The notes under the pieces are model-generated. The model did no database searches. It had not been told where the DNA came from and saw only the letters and a program-made list of their open reading frames with translations. From the human T2T-CHM13v2.0 reference genome, Homo sapiens, in NCBI RefSeq assembly GCF_009914755.1, contig NC_060941.1: a stretch of 64,000 nt of DNA; one strand, 5' to 3'. How positions within the stretch are numbered: the stretch's first letter is position 1; every line of letters starts with the position of its first letter. Positions 43,012 through 61,400 of this stretch are shown piece by piece. Position numbers and translations under genes: made by a program.

Positions 43012-46000
43012 CCCTGGAGAGCCACCTGAAGATGCCAGGCAGCCATGCCCAGTCATGGCCCATATCCCCGTGGGGCTGAATCCTGGGGAGCGATGGTCTC
43101 TTCCAACCATTGTGAGGATGGAGAAGCAAATTCTCCCTCTAGCATTGAGGTCTGATGGATGTGAAATTGTTTGGAAGTTGATCTGACCCAGACCTGCAGA
43201 GGCCAGAGAACTCTTTGCAGGGAATGGTATCCTCTCTTCCCTCCTGAATGTTGAGGGTGGCGAGAGAGGTGAATCTGGGGATGTCTGGCCGTATTTGCCT
43301 GCTCTGAAGTGCCAAGCACGTCCTCTCTGGAAAGGCCAGTGGTGTGGAGGCTGCCTGGCAGTCCCGGTGGCAGCTTTATCTCATCCTAATTTGGCCGAAA
43401 AACAAGCTCAAATGTCCTATGATGTGGGAATGGTTAAATTATGCCACGGCCATACAGTGGACTATAATACAACCATTGAAAATGTTTTCAAAGACTTTGA
43501 TGATGGAAAATGCCCACAGTAGAATGTTAAATGGGGCAGAGCTGAGCCTGGGGGTAGGAAGCTAGGGGCTTAATTAGAGCTGGCCGGGCAGTGGGGCTGG
43601 GAGCAGCAGATGTGAGAGGTGGGGCTTGGAAACAGGAAAAGAGGAGGGGGTTCCTTGTAGTGCCCCCACCTTTGAGCACCATCTGAGGCTTATTTGTGGC
43701 CCCAGATAAAATGTCTACTGTTTTTGCTAGTTCGCGAAAATGGATTTGGGGAGATCCAAGAGTGTAGTTTGACAGAAAAAGAACATTCCAGGTGATATCT
43801 GCATCTTAATGATCTGACTCTCTGCCAGCAAGAGGGAATTGACCAATGTAATGTGTTTTTAAAGCCCAGTGAAATGATCTTGTCTAATTTCCTGTGATCG
43901 TATGGAGATGGAAAGAGACCTGCTCATTCTCAGTCCCCTTCAGGATCCTATCGGCTCCTTTGTTTCAACGCAAGGCAAGAGTGAGCAGGGGGCAGCTTCG
44001 ATATTTGCATTGCTACCAATTCAGATCTGGGGTAATTAGTTTTGTCGCCTGATATTTGTGCTCAAGTAGATAGGCCATTTGTGGGGGTGCTCCGAAAGGA
44101 GGCTGATGAGCGAAATCTAACACCATCTGCAAATAGGTTACTAATGTGAGACACTCCACCGGCGATTATACCTTGTGATGTGAGGTTTGTTCTCCCAGCT
44201 GCTGTTAGTGATTCTACTGATAAAGGAATCGCAGGGAGAGGAGGAAGAAAGGTGTTGAGCTTTCTTTTTCCCCTCTTTTAGCCTCTTTTGGGCGTCTAAA
44301 TTCTTTACGCATTAATCACCTGGATGTTTTCCCATTGACATTTCTTCTAAGTTTTTTTGCTTGTTTGGCCATTTAATGGTGGTGCTCATCTAGCCACCTT
44401 TCAAATGGAAAAGCATGCATTAATATGGAACCTGTTTGTTCTCAGCTGGGCAGCTGCTCTTGCAAAATCCACTTGGATTCCAATAGATTCGGTCTATCCA
44501 AGGTAGCCTTATGGTCTCCATGGGGCACCCAAGTTCATGTCTTTGCCAATGGTTGGGTCTGTAAGAGTCTGGGTTTTGTGAGCCTTGAGAATAAGAATTT
44601 TCTCTTTGACAAAATGCTGTAGTCATTCCAAGAGCTATTGGATATGCTTTGAATTGCTTATAAAAAGTCTGTGGTAAACCTGTTGATACTGTACTCTCTG
44701 CATATTTTGAAAAACACGTATTGTTTGTTTTTCTGGGGGGTTAACACATATCTATTTTAGAGAATTTGAAAATTTTCCAAGTGCAGAAATAAAAATAGAA
44801 TGCACCTGTAACAACTAATAACATTGAACATCTTTTTGGTCTTTTGTTCTAGGTGTATCTCTACGTAATTTGTTTTATAAACATTGACTCATTCCTTCTC
44901 ACATTTGTTCCTTTTTCTCATTGAATATGTTGTGAGCATTTTCTTTCACCGTGCTATGCCTTATCGCTTATTGGCATTCTGTCCTCTCCTGAGGGACATT
45001 TAGGCCATTTCCTTTCTTTTTTTTTCTTTTTCCTTATTGCTGTTATAAACAATGCTGCCACAAACATCCTTGAAAATAAACCTTTGAGCCCATTCATAAG
45101 TATTTCATTGGGCTATATTGGCAGATAAGGAATTGCTGGGGCAAAGGATAGGTACATTTTATATGAGCCCTTTTAAGACTTTTTATACATTTTGGGAAGT
45201 GTGTCTTCTAGCCTCATCCTTCTGAAGCTGGTAAAAGGGCTTTAGAGTCGTGGTAACCTGGGTTCATACTCCTACTCCACCACTTTCTCATTTTGTGATC
45301 CTGGCCAGGTCACATAACACAGAGCCTTAGTCTTCTCGTCTGCTAAATGGGATGGGTGGAGATGAAAGTGCCTCACCAGACTGTGATGAGGATTCAGTGA
45401 CTTTGTGGGCACGAACAGTTTTGTGATTTATGTTTTGGGGTGTGTCTGGAGTAGCAAGTGTTCCAGACAATGCTTATGATCATTGTGATTATTCAGTGTC
45501 CCCTAGTTCTTTCAGTGTGTGGGGGATGTTTGAGAAACTTCCTGGGATGAAGAGCCAGTCCTTTCCCAGGTCAGTGGAAAGCCAGGTACCTTAGGATCCC
45601 AATGGTTGGGCGGTTCTGAGTCACACTGTGTTTCACAGACTCTTCTGTCTGAAGGATGTTTGTTTGGCTTTGATAGGGATGGTGTTACCTGGGGTGGTTG
45701 GTGGGTTAAGTAGGTCTGCTGTCTGGGGCTCAAGTCTTCAGAGAGCCATCTGCCCCTGGAGACATCCCACATCCCACAGGGTCCCCTGGAGACACTCTGA
45801 CATTTGCCACAAACAATCATGCTTGGCCTGCTCTCATATGCATAGAGTGGATATTGCAGCCTCTGTTTAGAGTGTGTGCTACAGCGCACGGAGAAGGGGA
45901 CTGGTGAGTGTACTCTTTTTGTGGAGAAAAGTGAATGCTGTGGGGGTGGGAGGAAGCCCCTGCCTCTGACCCCATGCATTTGCCTCCCCTGGACTCAGCC

Positions 46001-46134
46001 CATCCATGCTTACTGAGTATCTACTCTCTGAAAGGCACTTCAAGAGTATTTCAATCCCCAGATCCACCATATGGATGGAGGAACCAAGACTCAATTCAGC
46101 TAAATTTAAACTCACACCTATAGACTCCAGAGCC

Positions 46135-46550
46135 TGTGTTAGCCCATTTGCATTGCTATAAAGGAATACCTGAGGCTGAGTAATTTATAAAGAAAAGAGG
46201 CTTATTTGGCTCATGGTTCTGCAAGTTGCATAAGTATGGCCCTAGCATCTGCTTCCGGTGAGGCCTCAGGAAGCTTCCAATCATGGTAGAAGGTGAAGGG
46301 GGAGCCAGCATATCTCATGGTGAGAGATGGAGCAAGAGATGGGGAGGAGGTGCCAGGCTCCTATAAACAACCAGCTGTCCGTGAACTGAGAGCAAGAACT
46401 CCCTCATTCATTACCAAGCGGATGGTGCTAAGCCATTCATAAGGCATCCCCACCCCTATGATCTAACCCCTCCAACCAGGCCCCACCTCCAACATTGGGG
46501 GTCACATTTCAGTATGAGATTTGGAGGGGACACACATCCAAACTCTGTGA
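46135..46550 (-). mobile_element. MaLR solo LTR (MSTB-like)
   Basis: gcattgctataaaggaatacctgaggctg...ttggaggggacacacatccaaac; 5-bp TSD gagcc on both sides. Confidence 0.88.
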
Positions 46551-48439
46551 GAGCCCTTAGTCATTAAACTGCAAGCCCTTTTACAGATGATAAAGCCAAG
46601 GCTCAGAGATGCCCAGTTGCTCGTTGGCAGTCCATGGATGGGATTCAAAGCCCACAGTTCCTGATGACAAGCTTTGTGTTGGTTCCACTCCCAGCATCTG
46701 CCTCTCCAAATCACAAGGCCCCATTCTCAGTTACAGCATCACTGGACAAGTTTTCAGCCAACCTGACATATGCCTGAAAGCAAAAGTCTGTCCCCTTTGT
46801 CCCCAGTCCTTGAAGTCATCTTTGTGGGTGTCTTCTTTCCTTTTTGTACCTTGAATATCCAGATCTGCCTCTGGAGTGAAGGGAACTGCTCTGGAGGCAA
46901 GAGACTGGCAGAGCTAACCTCCATATTGGTTTGCAGATTTCACTGGAAACCCAGCACATCCATGTATTTGCCTCTTAGGAGTTGAGCTGTGTTGATGTGG
47001 CAAGGTCCTGGACTTGGAGTCCAGAAGGCTGGCTCCTTTTCCCACTCACCTGGCAGGCTGGGCATCCTGGGCTGTTCACTGCCTACCTCCGAGCCTCAGT
47101 TTCCCCTTCTGTGATCCCTGAAATCTCTGTCATTCTGTGTAACCCTGGGGATCCTAGAAAAGTGCTCAAGGAGGACTGAAGATGGAGGAGATGATGCCGA
47201 GAGGGGCTGGTTTGTTACAGAGGTCCCGCCTGGAACCTTGCTCCTTACCTGGAGGAATGTTCACTCCTTGACCTAGTGGCCACAGACCAAGCCTCCCGCA
47301 TGTGGATCCCCGCCAGCCTCAGAGCCCTGCCCTTGCTGAGTCATGACCTTGCTCTAGGCTGAATGCCCACCCATACCTCAGCCCAGCCCAGCACTAGCCG
47401 TGCGTCCAGACCGACCCAGGCTCAGGCTGTAGATGCAGGATCAGGATGAGGATGCATATCTTTCTGCCCTCGGACACAGGCTGAGCCAGCTCTTTCTTTA
47501 ACCCCTCACCTGTCTGATTGAAACAATCCCAAATCTATCTTCTCACTTTCTTTTTTTGCCTTGTATTCTTGGATCCTTTTTTCCTCTTCTTTCTCTCACT
47601 GAAGCGCCCTTTCTCTCTCTCACTGAAGCATAGGGTAGGGTGCGAGAAGCAGGGAAGTTGGCAGAGAGATAAGATTCATCAATATTTAATTTTTATGGAA
47701 ATCATGTCCTAGAAATCCCCAAGGGGCTGAAAATTGTACTGTGTTTTCAGAATCCAGTGATGTTGCTGGAGCGGTGATGTTGTAAATAAAACCACATTAC
47801 TGTCTGCAGCTCTCCTGTCGCTCTGCAAACACCCGGAAACTTGACAGTTTAATCCACTCAAGGAAGCAAAAAGGTTCGGGTCACTGCTGGGGGCAGCCCA
47901 TTCTCCAGTCCTGGGATATAAGATTGTGGGGCATCAACGTCAGTGGGGCTGTTACTGCTGGGAAGGGAGACGGAGCCAGCGTGCCTTGAGTAGATTTACC
48001 ATGCTGGTGGATTTTTTTTCCTCGGAACAGGAATCCCGGGACAGCAGAGCCCCCTCTGGGCTTTCTGATATGGGGAAGATTTGCTTAGAGATAGCGGCTT
48101 TTCTTTTCCCTCATGCCTGTGGTGCAGTTAACCCAATGACCAGCAGAAAAATCAGACTCAAGTTAGTTTCCAGCAGCTTCCGGTGCAATTGGGATTTGGA
48201 AGGGACATTCATTTGCTTCTTCATTCATTCACTCATTCATTCATTTCTTCATTCATCAAACATTTATTGAGCATCTGCCATGTGCAAGGCACTTTTCTAG
48301 ATTCTGAGAATATAACAAAGCACACAAAAAACACAACAACCCTGCTTATGTTCTTGTGGAAAGAGGCAGACAACCAACCAGGTAAGTAAATTATATAGTA
48401 TGTTGTATGGTGATCTGTGTCATGGAGGAAAAGGAAGTA

Positions 48440-48870
48440 GGAATCATAGGTGTTTACCCATGAGAAATGCAAACTTTTTTGGACCAAAGGCTTGCACAAG
48501 AATGTTCAGAGGAGCATTATTCACAATAGCTAAAAACCGGGAACAGCCCAGGTGTCAATCACTAGTGGATGAATCAACAAACCAGTGCATTCTTGGATGG
48601 AATACTACACAGCAATGAAAAAGGAATGATCCACAGACACAGATAACAACATGAATGGATTTGACAAATGTTTTTCTGAATGAAAGAAGCCAGGCACACA
48701 AAAAACATGTGCTGGGTGATTCTATTTATATGACATTCCAGTATAGATAAAACGAATCCATGGTGATAGAAATCTGAAAGGTGGTTGCTCTGGGGAGGGA
48801 AGGAGGATGGTGAATGGGGAGAGGGGCCTCTGGTGTCACCGATGTGCTGCCTGTCTTGATTGAATGGTAC
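48440..48870 (+). mobile_element. Old L1ME-type 3' fragment within an L2 relic
   Basis: agaatgttcagaggagcattattcacaatagc...ggaatactacacagcaatgaaaaaggaatga...tgaatgaaagaagccag. Confidence 0.65.
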
Positions 48871-49143
48871 ACCTGGGATCAGAGCATGTCATCAGATAGG
48901 TTAGTACACAAAACTGTAAAGCATGGTGAGGGAATAGCATGTGGTGGTGATGGTGGGAAGGGTTTGCAACTTGAAAAGGGGGTGGCCAGGGAAGGCCCCA
49001 CAGAGAAGGTGACTTGAAGAAAGTGAGGGAGAGAGCTATGAGGGTATCTGGGTGAAGGGCATTCCTGGCAGGGGGAACAGGAAGTGCAAAGGCCCTGAGG
49101 TGGGATCATGAGTGGAGAAGTCAGGGAACAGCAAGGAAACCAC

Positions 49144-49807
49144 TGCATTCATCAACTTGGCTGCTATGAGAGCGTGCCACAGACTGGGCAGTGTAAACAA
49201 CAGACATTTATTTTCTCATTCTGGAAGCTGAAAGTCTGAGATCAAGGTCTCAGCAGGGTTGGTTTCTTCCGAGGCCTCCCCACTTGGCTTGCAGATGGAA
49301 GCCTTCTTACTGTGTCCTTGTGTGCTTGTCCCTTGGTCTGTGTGTTGGCTGTATCCTAACCTCCTCTTCTTGTAAGGACCTTTGTCGTATTAGATTAGGG
49401 CCTACCCTGATGGCCTCATTTGAACTTAATTATCTCTGTAATCCCAGCACTTTGGGAGGCTGAGGCGGGCAGATCATCTGAGGTCAGGAGTTCAAGACCA
49501 GACTGGCCAACGTGGTGAAACCCCATCTCTACTAAAAATACAAAAAGTAGCCAGGCATGGTGGTGGCTACCTGTAATCCCGGCTATTCAGGAGGCTGAGG
49601 TAGGACAATCGCTTGAACCCGGGAGGCAGAGGTTGCAGTGAGCCAAGATCCTGCCACAGCACTCCAGCCTGTGCAACAGAGTGAGACTCTGTCTCAAAAA
49701 GGAGAAGAAAAAAAAAAGATCCTACATCCAAATAAGGTCCCATTCTAAGGCCCTGGGGTTAGGACTTCAACATATGAATTTGGGGGACACAGTTCAGCCC
49801 ATAGCAG
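49144..49807 (-). mobile_element. MLT1A/B-like MaLR LTR interrupted by an Alu
   Basis: aaacaacagacatttatt...gggttaggacttcaacatatgaatttgggggacacagttcagccc. Confidence 0.8.
49438..49717 (+). mobile_element. Alu (AluS-like, 5' truncated by ~20 nt)
   Basis: Begins tgtaatcccagcactttgggagg and ends in an A-rich tail. Confidence 0.93.
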
Positions 49808-51738
49808 CCAGCATGGACAGAGGTACCTGAGACACAGATGGGCCGCCGTGTGCCGTGGACATCCGGGCTGCTTGTTTCTGCTGCTCCCTGTGATGAAGGT
49901 GTTGGTGTGGAATGAGGTGGGATGAGGGTTTTGTGATAGAGGGTGGATGAAGCTGTAGAGGCCGGAGGTGGCAATTCTTGAAGTTGCCTTTCATGAATTC
50001 ACATGACCGGGGAAACTTGCTTCTGGAAAAGCCAGCAGTGTTGAGATTGAGGGTCAGGCCCCAGCTCTCGCTTTCCATAGAAGAGTGGTGTAGGGGCCGT
50101 GAGGATGGGTCTAGTTGGACGTACTACCGAGGCTCAATAGCCTATCATGCACTGACTCACAGCGCAGGTGCCTCCTTGGCTTGAAGAAGGACGAGGAGAG
50201 TCGGGAGAGGCTTTCCTTGGGGGCTGCTTGGCACCTAGGAGAGCATGCGGCCTGTACTTATAAGAACAGCCTGACAGTGGGGGGCAACCTCCAACAGCAT
50301 TTCCCCTGACTCCCTCCAAAGATACCTGCCCTCCCGCCAATGCCCCAGGCCCTGCGTCATCTTCGCTTGCATGGGACACAGGCTGTTGTCTTTTATGAGT
50401 GCCCAAATCCTCAGCTTTACCTAGCCATGCTCAAAAAATGCTATTGATTTTCTTTTTCTTATTTATTTATGAGATTTTTGCTGTGAGCAAAAAATAAAAA
50501 GGTTTGTGCAGTGTTCCCCTTAGCAGTGAGAAGTTTTCTCCACCCACTGCCTCCCTCCCTGGCACACACACTCACAGATTACTCTCTCATCTCTCTACGC
50601 TCCAAAAGTCCTAGCATCTCCCGACTGTAGGATGCAGAGAGGGAAGAGATGAAAAGGGGCTAGTGCCTGGGGCAGAGTGAGGACTCTCCCATACATGTGG
50701 GAGAGGTGGGTGGATACATTTTTGAGCAAGACACAGCTGATGCCCAGAGAGTTAGGGAGGTCGAGAATGACCTCTTCCTCCTTGGAAGCATGCCAGGCCC
50801 GGTGCTGGGCACTTTGGACCTGTCTCATTCAGCCCTCACCTTAAACCTACAAGGCAGATTTTATTACTTTTTTCAGTGATGAAATTCAAAGAAGTTAGGC
50901 ACCTTGCTCAAGGGTGCCTAGCAAGCGAGCTAGAATTCACTTTCACACCTTCAGGATGCCAGCTCTCTTCAGTGTGTGGTGCAGCCTCCCCAAAGGGGAA
51001 CAAGGACCCACTTAAGAGACTGCTGGGAGCTGGGCTGGCCCACAGAGTGAGACGACTCCTCTCTCCTACCCCTGACAGGGCCCCCCTCCATTTTGAAGAA
51101 TCCTCCTTGGGCTGAGCATCTTGGGTGGGAACAAAGTCTGTTCTTCTCCACCCCTTCCATCTTTGGAAAGATGACTGTATGAGAATCTCTGCACCCTGCA
51201 GTGGGACATCTGGCATGAGAGTTGGTTTTAGTCTCTTTCCAGGGAGGTGGCTGGCCAAGGAAGACCAGAGGGAATCGAATCTCAGTCCTCTCTCAGGGCT
51301 TGAGGTCTGTTCATTAGTGGTGTGACACGTGGATCCTTGGGGATGCCCTAAGTCAGCTGATCTGCCCCGCTCTGTGCCATGCAGACATCCACTCATATGG
51401 ATGCCCCTGCCCAGAGTGCCATTTCTATCTCTGGCACTCCTGACAAATGCCTTGGAATCTCAAAAACATGATTCCAGCCTCTGCCCCCTGCTTTCTGCAC
51501 GTCGCTCATCCCTCAGTCATATTGCTGCTCATACTGTTGACTTGTCAAGGAACCAACCAAGTAGGGCTGTGCTTATAAGAACATGGGCTACTTGAGCTGC
51601 TTGAAGCTCACATCTTGTTGATCTTTGTCTCCCCTGGAATTGGGCACAGAGCACAGTGGTGGAAGGATGGTGGTCATCCCTGTGGATTCCATACAGATAC
51701 AGCTGGCAATACATCGTCCATGTTCATCCCATTCCTGA

Positions 51739-51984
<246 letters not shown>

Positions 51985-52919
51985 TAGTGGCATTTGGTCT
52001 GGGGGGTGGGGAGAGCTTCCAGGGTTTGGAGATGCCAGTCATGGCCAAGCATGCAGTTATGAGGTATGGCATGTGTCTGTGTAAAGGTCTTGGCATCTTG
52101 ATGGGTGTTGGAGATAATGGGGAGGGTCAGTTTTCCACCCTCCACAGAGGCTGAATCCTGGACTCACTTTAAAAAACACTGGACCCTTTATCTAAGTCTC
52201 TCTGGAGATGACAATGGTAAGAGGATGAACAGAGAGGGGCAGGTCCTAGAGAGATAGCAACAGAAAGGTGGTAGGATTGGGAGGCGTGGGAAGAATGAGA
52301 TCCCAGGAGCTGCAGGGGCCACTGGTGCCTCCAGGACCTGGGAACCCTCCTTGGTGTGAGCATCAGGTCTGCCCCTGTTGACCTTAGGAACTGATGAAAG
52401 GAAGAGCCGGGGACGAGGGATGTTACCACCTTTATCAAGTGCCTACTGTGACCCAGCATGGCCCTGGATGTTTTGGGGCTTTCCCCTGGTGATTTCATGT
52501 GCTCCTTGTAGCAGCCCTGGGGATGAGACATAACGAATGACTTGCCTGTCATTAGTCCAGCTCTGGTTTATTGTTGGCAGTACCTGGGTGTGTTACTTTG
52601 CTCAGCCTAGCCTCAATCCCCACCCACTTCCCCTATTAGAATCTGGAATTATCTGTGCTATGTCAGGAGCAAGAGTTTGGCTGTGGCCATAGAGACAGAA
52701 TGGGAGTCGAGGGTCCATAGGGTGTCTGATTCCCATCTTACTCCTGCACTGCAGTATTGCAGGCCTCATTACGGGGCTTTCTCGGACTGGCCACAGACCT
52801 GTGCAGCTAAGGTATATTTGGAAGATCTCTTCCCTTCTTTGGGCCTTGGTTCCCCCATCTATTAAATGGGAGTCTTCGTTCATCAGTTCCTCTAAGGGAG
52901 TTTAGTGGTGAATTGGTGA

Positions 52920-53171
<252 letters not shown>

Positions 53172-53259
53172 TGACCAAACTGTCACCTTGCCAGCCAAGC
53201 TTCTCAGAGCACTAGAGCAGTGCATCTCAAACTTGAGTGTACATAAGAGTCACCTGTGG

Positions 53260-56845
<3,586 letters not shown>

Positions 56846-56849
56846 AAAT

Positions 56850-57217
56850 ATATTTATATTTATTATTATTTTATTTTACTTTCAGTTCTGGGATGCATGT
56901 GCAGAATGTGCAGGTTTGTTACATAGGTATACATGTGCCAAGGTGGTTTGCTGCACCTACCAACCCATCGTCTAGGTTGTAAGCCCCGTATGCCTTAGGT
57001 ATTTGTCCTAATGCTCTCCCTTCCCTTGTCCCCCACCCCCCAACAGGCCCCTGTGTGTGATATTCCCCTCCCTGTGTCCATGTGTTCTCATTGTTCACCT
57101 CCCACTTATGAGTGAGAACATGTGGTGTTTGGTTTTCTGTTGCTGTGTTAGTTTGCTGAGAATGATGGCTTCCAGCTTCATGCATGTTCCTGCAAAGGAC
57201 ATGAACTCATTCTTTTT
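56850..57217 (-). mobile_element. L1PA 3' end fragment (antisense)
   Basis: gttctgggatgcatgtgcagaatgtgcaggtttgttacataggtatac...cccacttatgagtgagaacatg. Confidence 0.9.
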
Positions 57218-57243
57218 TAATAAAAATATTTTTAAGTAAAAAA

Positions 57244-57382
57244 GAGAATCACTTGGTCCTGGCCCACACCCCTGACAGTCTGATTCAGGTAGTCCGAGGT
57301 GGGGCCTGAGAATTTTCATTTCTAACAAGCTCCCAGGTGACCCTGATGAAGGCAGCCCGAGGACCCCACTTAGAGCGGAACT
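57244..57382. mobile_element. MER5A right part (left part at 53218-53258)
   Basis: gaatcacttgg...ctgattcag...ggtggggcctgagaattttcatttctaacaagctcccaggtga. Confidence 0.75.
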
Positions 57383-57632
57383 TCATGAGATCGTGCCTAT
57401 TCTGGATTCAAAGAGAAAGACTAGCAGCTTGAATTTTCTCTCTGTAAACATTTCTTGAATTTTCCTTAATTTTTAGAACCCTCAATAATTAGGGGTGAAA
57501 CTGATTTAATCTGCTCATTCCTTTTTTGAGGCAAGAACTAGTTCATCAAAATGTAATAAAAAATGTCCAAAAATCTTTTAAGAGTTTTGATTTGTAATCT
57601 TTCCCTTGTAGAAATAAGAGAAATTAAGTTAA

Positions 57633-58080
<448 letters not shown>

Positions 58081-60118
58081 CATTTTCTCTGGATTTCTTA
58101 ACCAGAGTTTGGTGTAGGAAAGTTGATACTGTCAGTAACATCCTAGAGAAGCAGAAACTTCCCAAGCTTGGGATTGGGCTCTGGAATCACTTATAACAAT
58201 CTTGGTTCTGGGGAAAAGCTATAGTTGTCCATATAACCCAGCCTTGTACTCCCTGGGAACCTCGAGTGTTACAGGCATCTTCAGGTGAGGGAGGAAGTGG
58301 CCACATGAGCACATGGCCCTGTCCACTCTGGCTTAGTCCCCTAGGAATCACCCACTGTGCCCAGGCTGCAGTTACCCACCTTGTTCATCTCCAAGGCCCT
58401 TACCTTATTCAAGCAGCTGGCTGTTTTGGTCTACATATGGTAAGCGGCCCAATGACTGATATTGCCAGCTATAGAGGTTGGGTCGACACTGCCTCAGAAA
58501 TGCTTTAGAGATACCTCACACACATCTTTGAGCCTTACAAGACCATTAGATGTGGCCAGTGGCCTCAGAGCACTGACAGAGTGATCACACACACACACAC
58601 ACACGCACAATTCACAAGGCATCTCCAATGCCCAACCACCAAATCTATTGTGGTAGGTCGAATGTGGTCTGAGCTGCAAGGCAGAATAGCTGTTGTTGGA
58701 AGAGGCGGAGGCAGTATGGAAGGCACCCCGGGTCTCAGGGTTGTTAAAGACTAGATCTCAAGTTTATTCATTCCAGTTTGACTCTTCCTTTCATAGCATT
58801 TTCCAGCTGTTTGACAGAATGAATCAAAGCGAGGCCTTTTGGTATTTGGCCCATGGCAGAGATAAGTTTGAAGCTTGTTGAGTTTCAGTGGGTAAACCCG
58901 GACTTCCAGATTCAAAAGAGACTTGCATTTTCCAGGCATCAAAGCGTCCCTCAGTGCTCACTGCAGATACAAATGCTTTCCAGCAATTCCTGCAGAGGGG
59001 CAGGTGGTAGGACTCATTTTGTTTCCAAGAGCCCAAGATAAGCACATGAGCACTTACGGAACATGTCTCAGGGCTGGGAGCATGGGCTACATTGGGTGTG
59101 GCCAGGAGACTAGTTTCAGGAGACCTCTTCCCAGGAAGTCTTCTAGGACATCCCACTATTTGGGATCCCTGCTCTTTGTTTCCATAAGCCCCTATAGCCT
59201 GCACTTAGGCTATTTCCTCTACTAGAACATAAGCTTAAAGACAAGGTCTGAGTCTTAACCCTCTGTCCCCAAAATAAAGTCTAACATAGTGAGCACATAA
59301 TAACCTTCATTGATAAATGTGTGACTCTGGATGAATGGGCGGAGTCTGGCCTTCTCTGCCAGTAGTCAGTCATTCAGGTTCTGAGTGCCCAGTACTATAG
59401 CAAGGGACCAAGGAAAGAGAGGGCCCCCGATGGGCTGATCAATGGGAACAAGTCTCCATTCATAGAAATTGGGCCCTGGGTCCTCAGGGCCAGGCTCAAG
59501 CACTGTGGATGAGGCCTTGACCAGACCTGCTCTGAGGCAAGGCTGGGCCCTGTCATAGAACCATGGCATCAGGTCAGAGGGTGGATCTATACCTGCTCAC
59601 AGCCATTGAATCTGTAAATCAGGATCCTGCCCTGACTGTGGGGAGGTGAGAGGAGGCTGGGGGTCTCACAGAGACACACGGTGGCATGTGGAGAGAGCCC
59701 TGGCGCTGTTTTCACAGCACTGTGTGATCTTGGGCAAGTCCCATGCTCACTCTGTGCCTTAGTCTCTTCATTCAGCTATGTTTGCAGCTATGGTTAAATC
59801 AAAGGTTGTTTGTAATGCTTGTGTAAAATTATCTCTATGAAGATGCCCAAAACATATGCGTGCATCTGCAATGACGGGTCTTCTGCCCTCTGACTCCTGG
59901 AGGTCTTCAGGGAATACCTCATCTCATTTCTCTTGCAGATGCCATCTTTCCCCACTGTTAGATAACTCCTGCTGTCACTTTCCCTTGGACAGGGTCACTC
60001 CTGTGGAGGCCGTTCCTATCACCATCCATAGGTCCTCTCAGTGTCCTCTGTGTCTTCCATGGGCCCTCTCTTATGCCCCTGATGCCAGCTTTACCCAATC
60101 TGTCTGCTGCTATGGTAG

Positions 60119-60490
<372 letters not shown>

Positions 60491-61018
60491 TAGGCACTCA
60501 AACCCCATCCTGCTAGGGACTTAGTGCTGCTGTGCCTGGGCTTGAGTTCACCTCCTCCCCTTGCCCCCCATGCCTGCTGAGGTCCATACGCCAAGGCATT
60601 TTACTTAGATGCCAGCTTGATTACCAAGAATCTTCTCTGCCTCCATGAGTGCATAGTGGGGTGATATGCACCCCTTTCCATCTCTGCTTCTGCCCAGGAG
60701 CTCATGCAGGGCTGGGAGAAGAGCACATGGGGTGCACATGGACCTGCTTTGCACCTTCCTCTGTGTTCAGCACCAGGTTCCTCTTTTATAGAATGAGACC
60801 TGCACCTTGTGGGGCATTCAGGGAGCAGTGAGATGATGTGCCTGCCTGGTCTCTGGTCAGAGCTCAGCATGTTAATTCCCTCCTAAGCTGCCTCTTGCTG
60901 ACTCTTCACAGTGTCTGGTGGGGAAATCACATCAGCCCTACATTCCAGATGAGCCCAGAGAACATGGCTGCAGGACTTGGCCTTGGTGGTGAGCAGCAGA
61001 GCTGGGACTCACACCCAA

Positions 61019-61400
61019 TGTCTTAGTCAGCTCTGGCTGCCATAACAAAATACCACAAAACTGGGGGATGGGGCAGGGGGTGGTGCTTAAGCAGCAGACA
61101 TTTATTTCTCATAGTCTTAGAGGCTGGGAAGTCCAAGATCAAAGTGCTGGCTAATTCCATTCCCAGGAAGGGCCTGTTTTCAGGCTTGGAGACAGCTGCC
61201 TTCTCACTGTGTCCTCACATGTCCCCAACAGCTCTCTGGTGACTCTTCTGATAAAGGCACTAATTCCATCACAAGGGCCCCACCCTCATGACCATATCTG
61301 ACTCTAATCGCCTCCCAAATCCCCCATCCCTAATACCATGATATGGTGGGTTAGGACTCTCTGTGAATTTGGGGGGCATACAAGCATCTGGGCCCCAACA
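61019..61400 (-). mobile_element. MLT1A-like MaLR LTR
   Basis: tgtcttagtcagct..ggctgccataacaaaataccaca...gaagtccaagatcaaagtgctggc...gggttaggact. Confidence 0.8.

Noticed and set aside
44103-44220. C/D box snoRNA (cTGATGA ... CTGA)
   Set aside because: The C box lacks the leading purine, there is no terminal stem, no clear C'/D' pair, and it is far from the 3' splice site.
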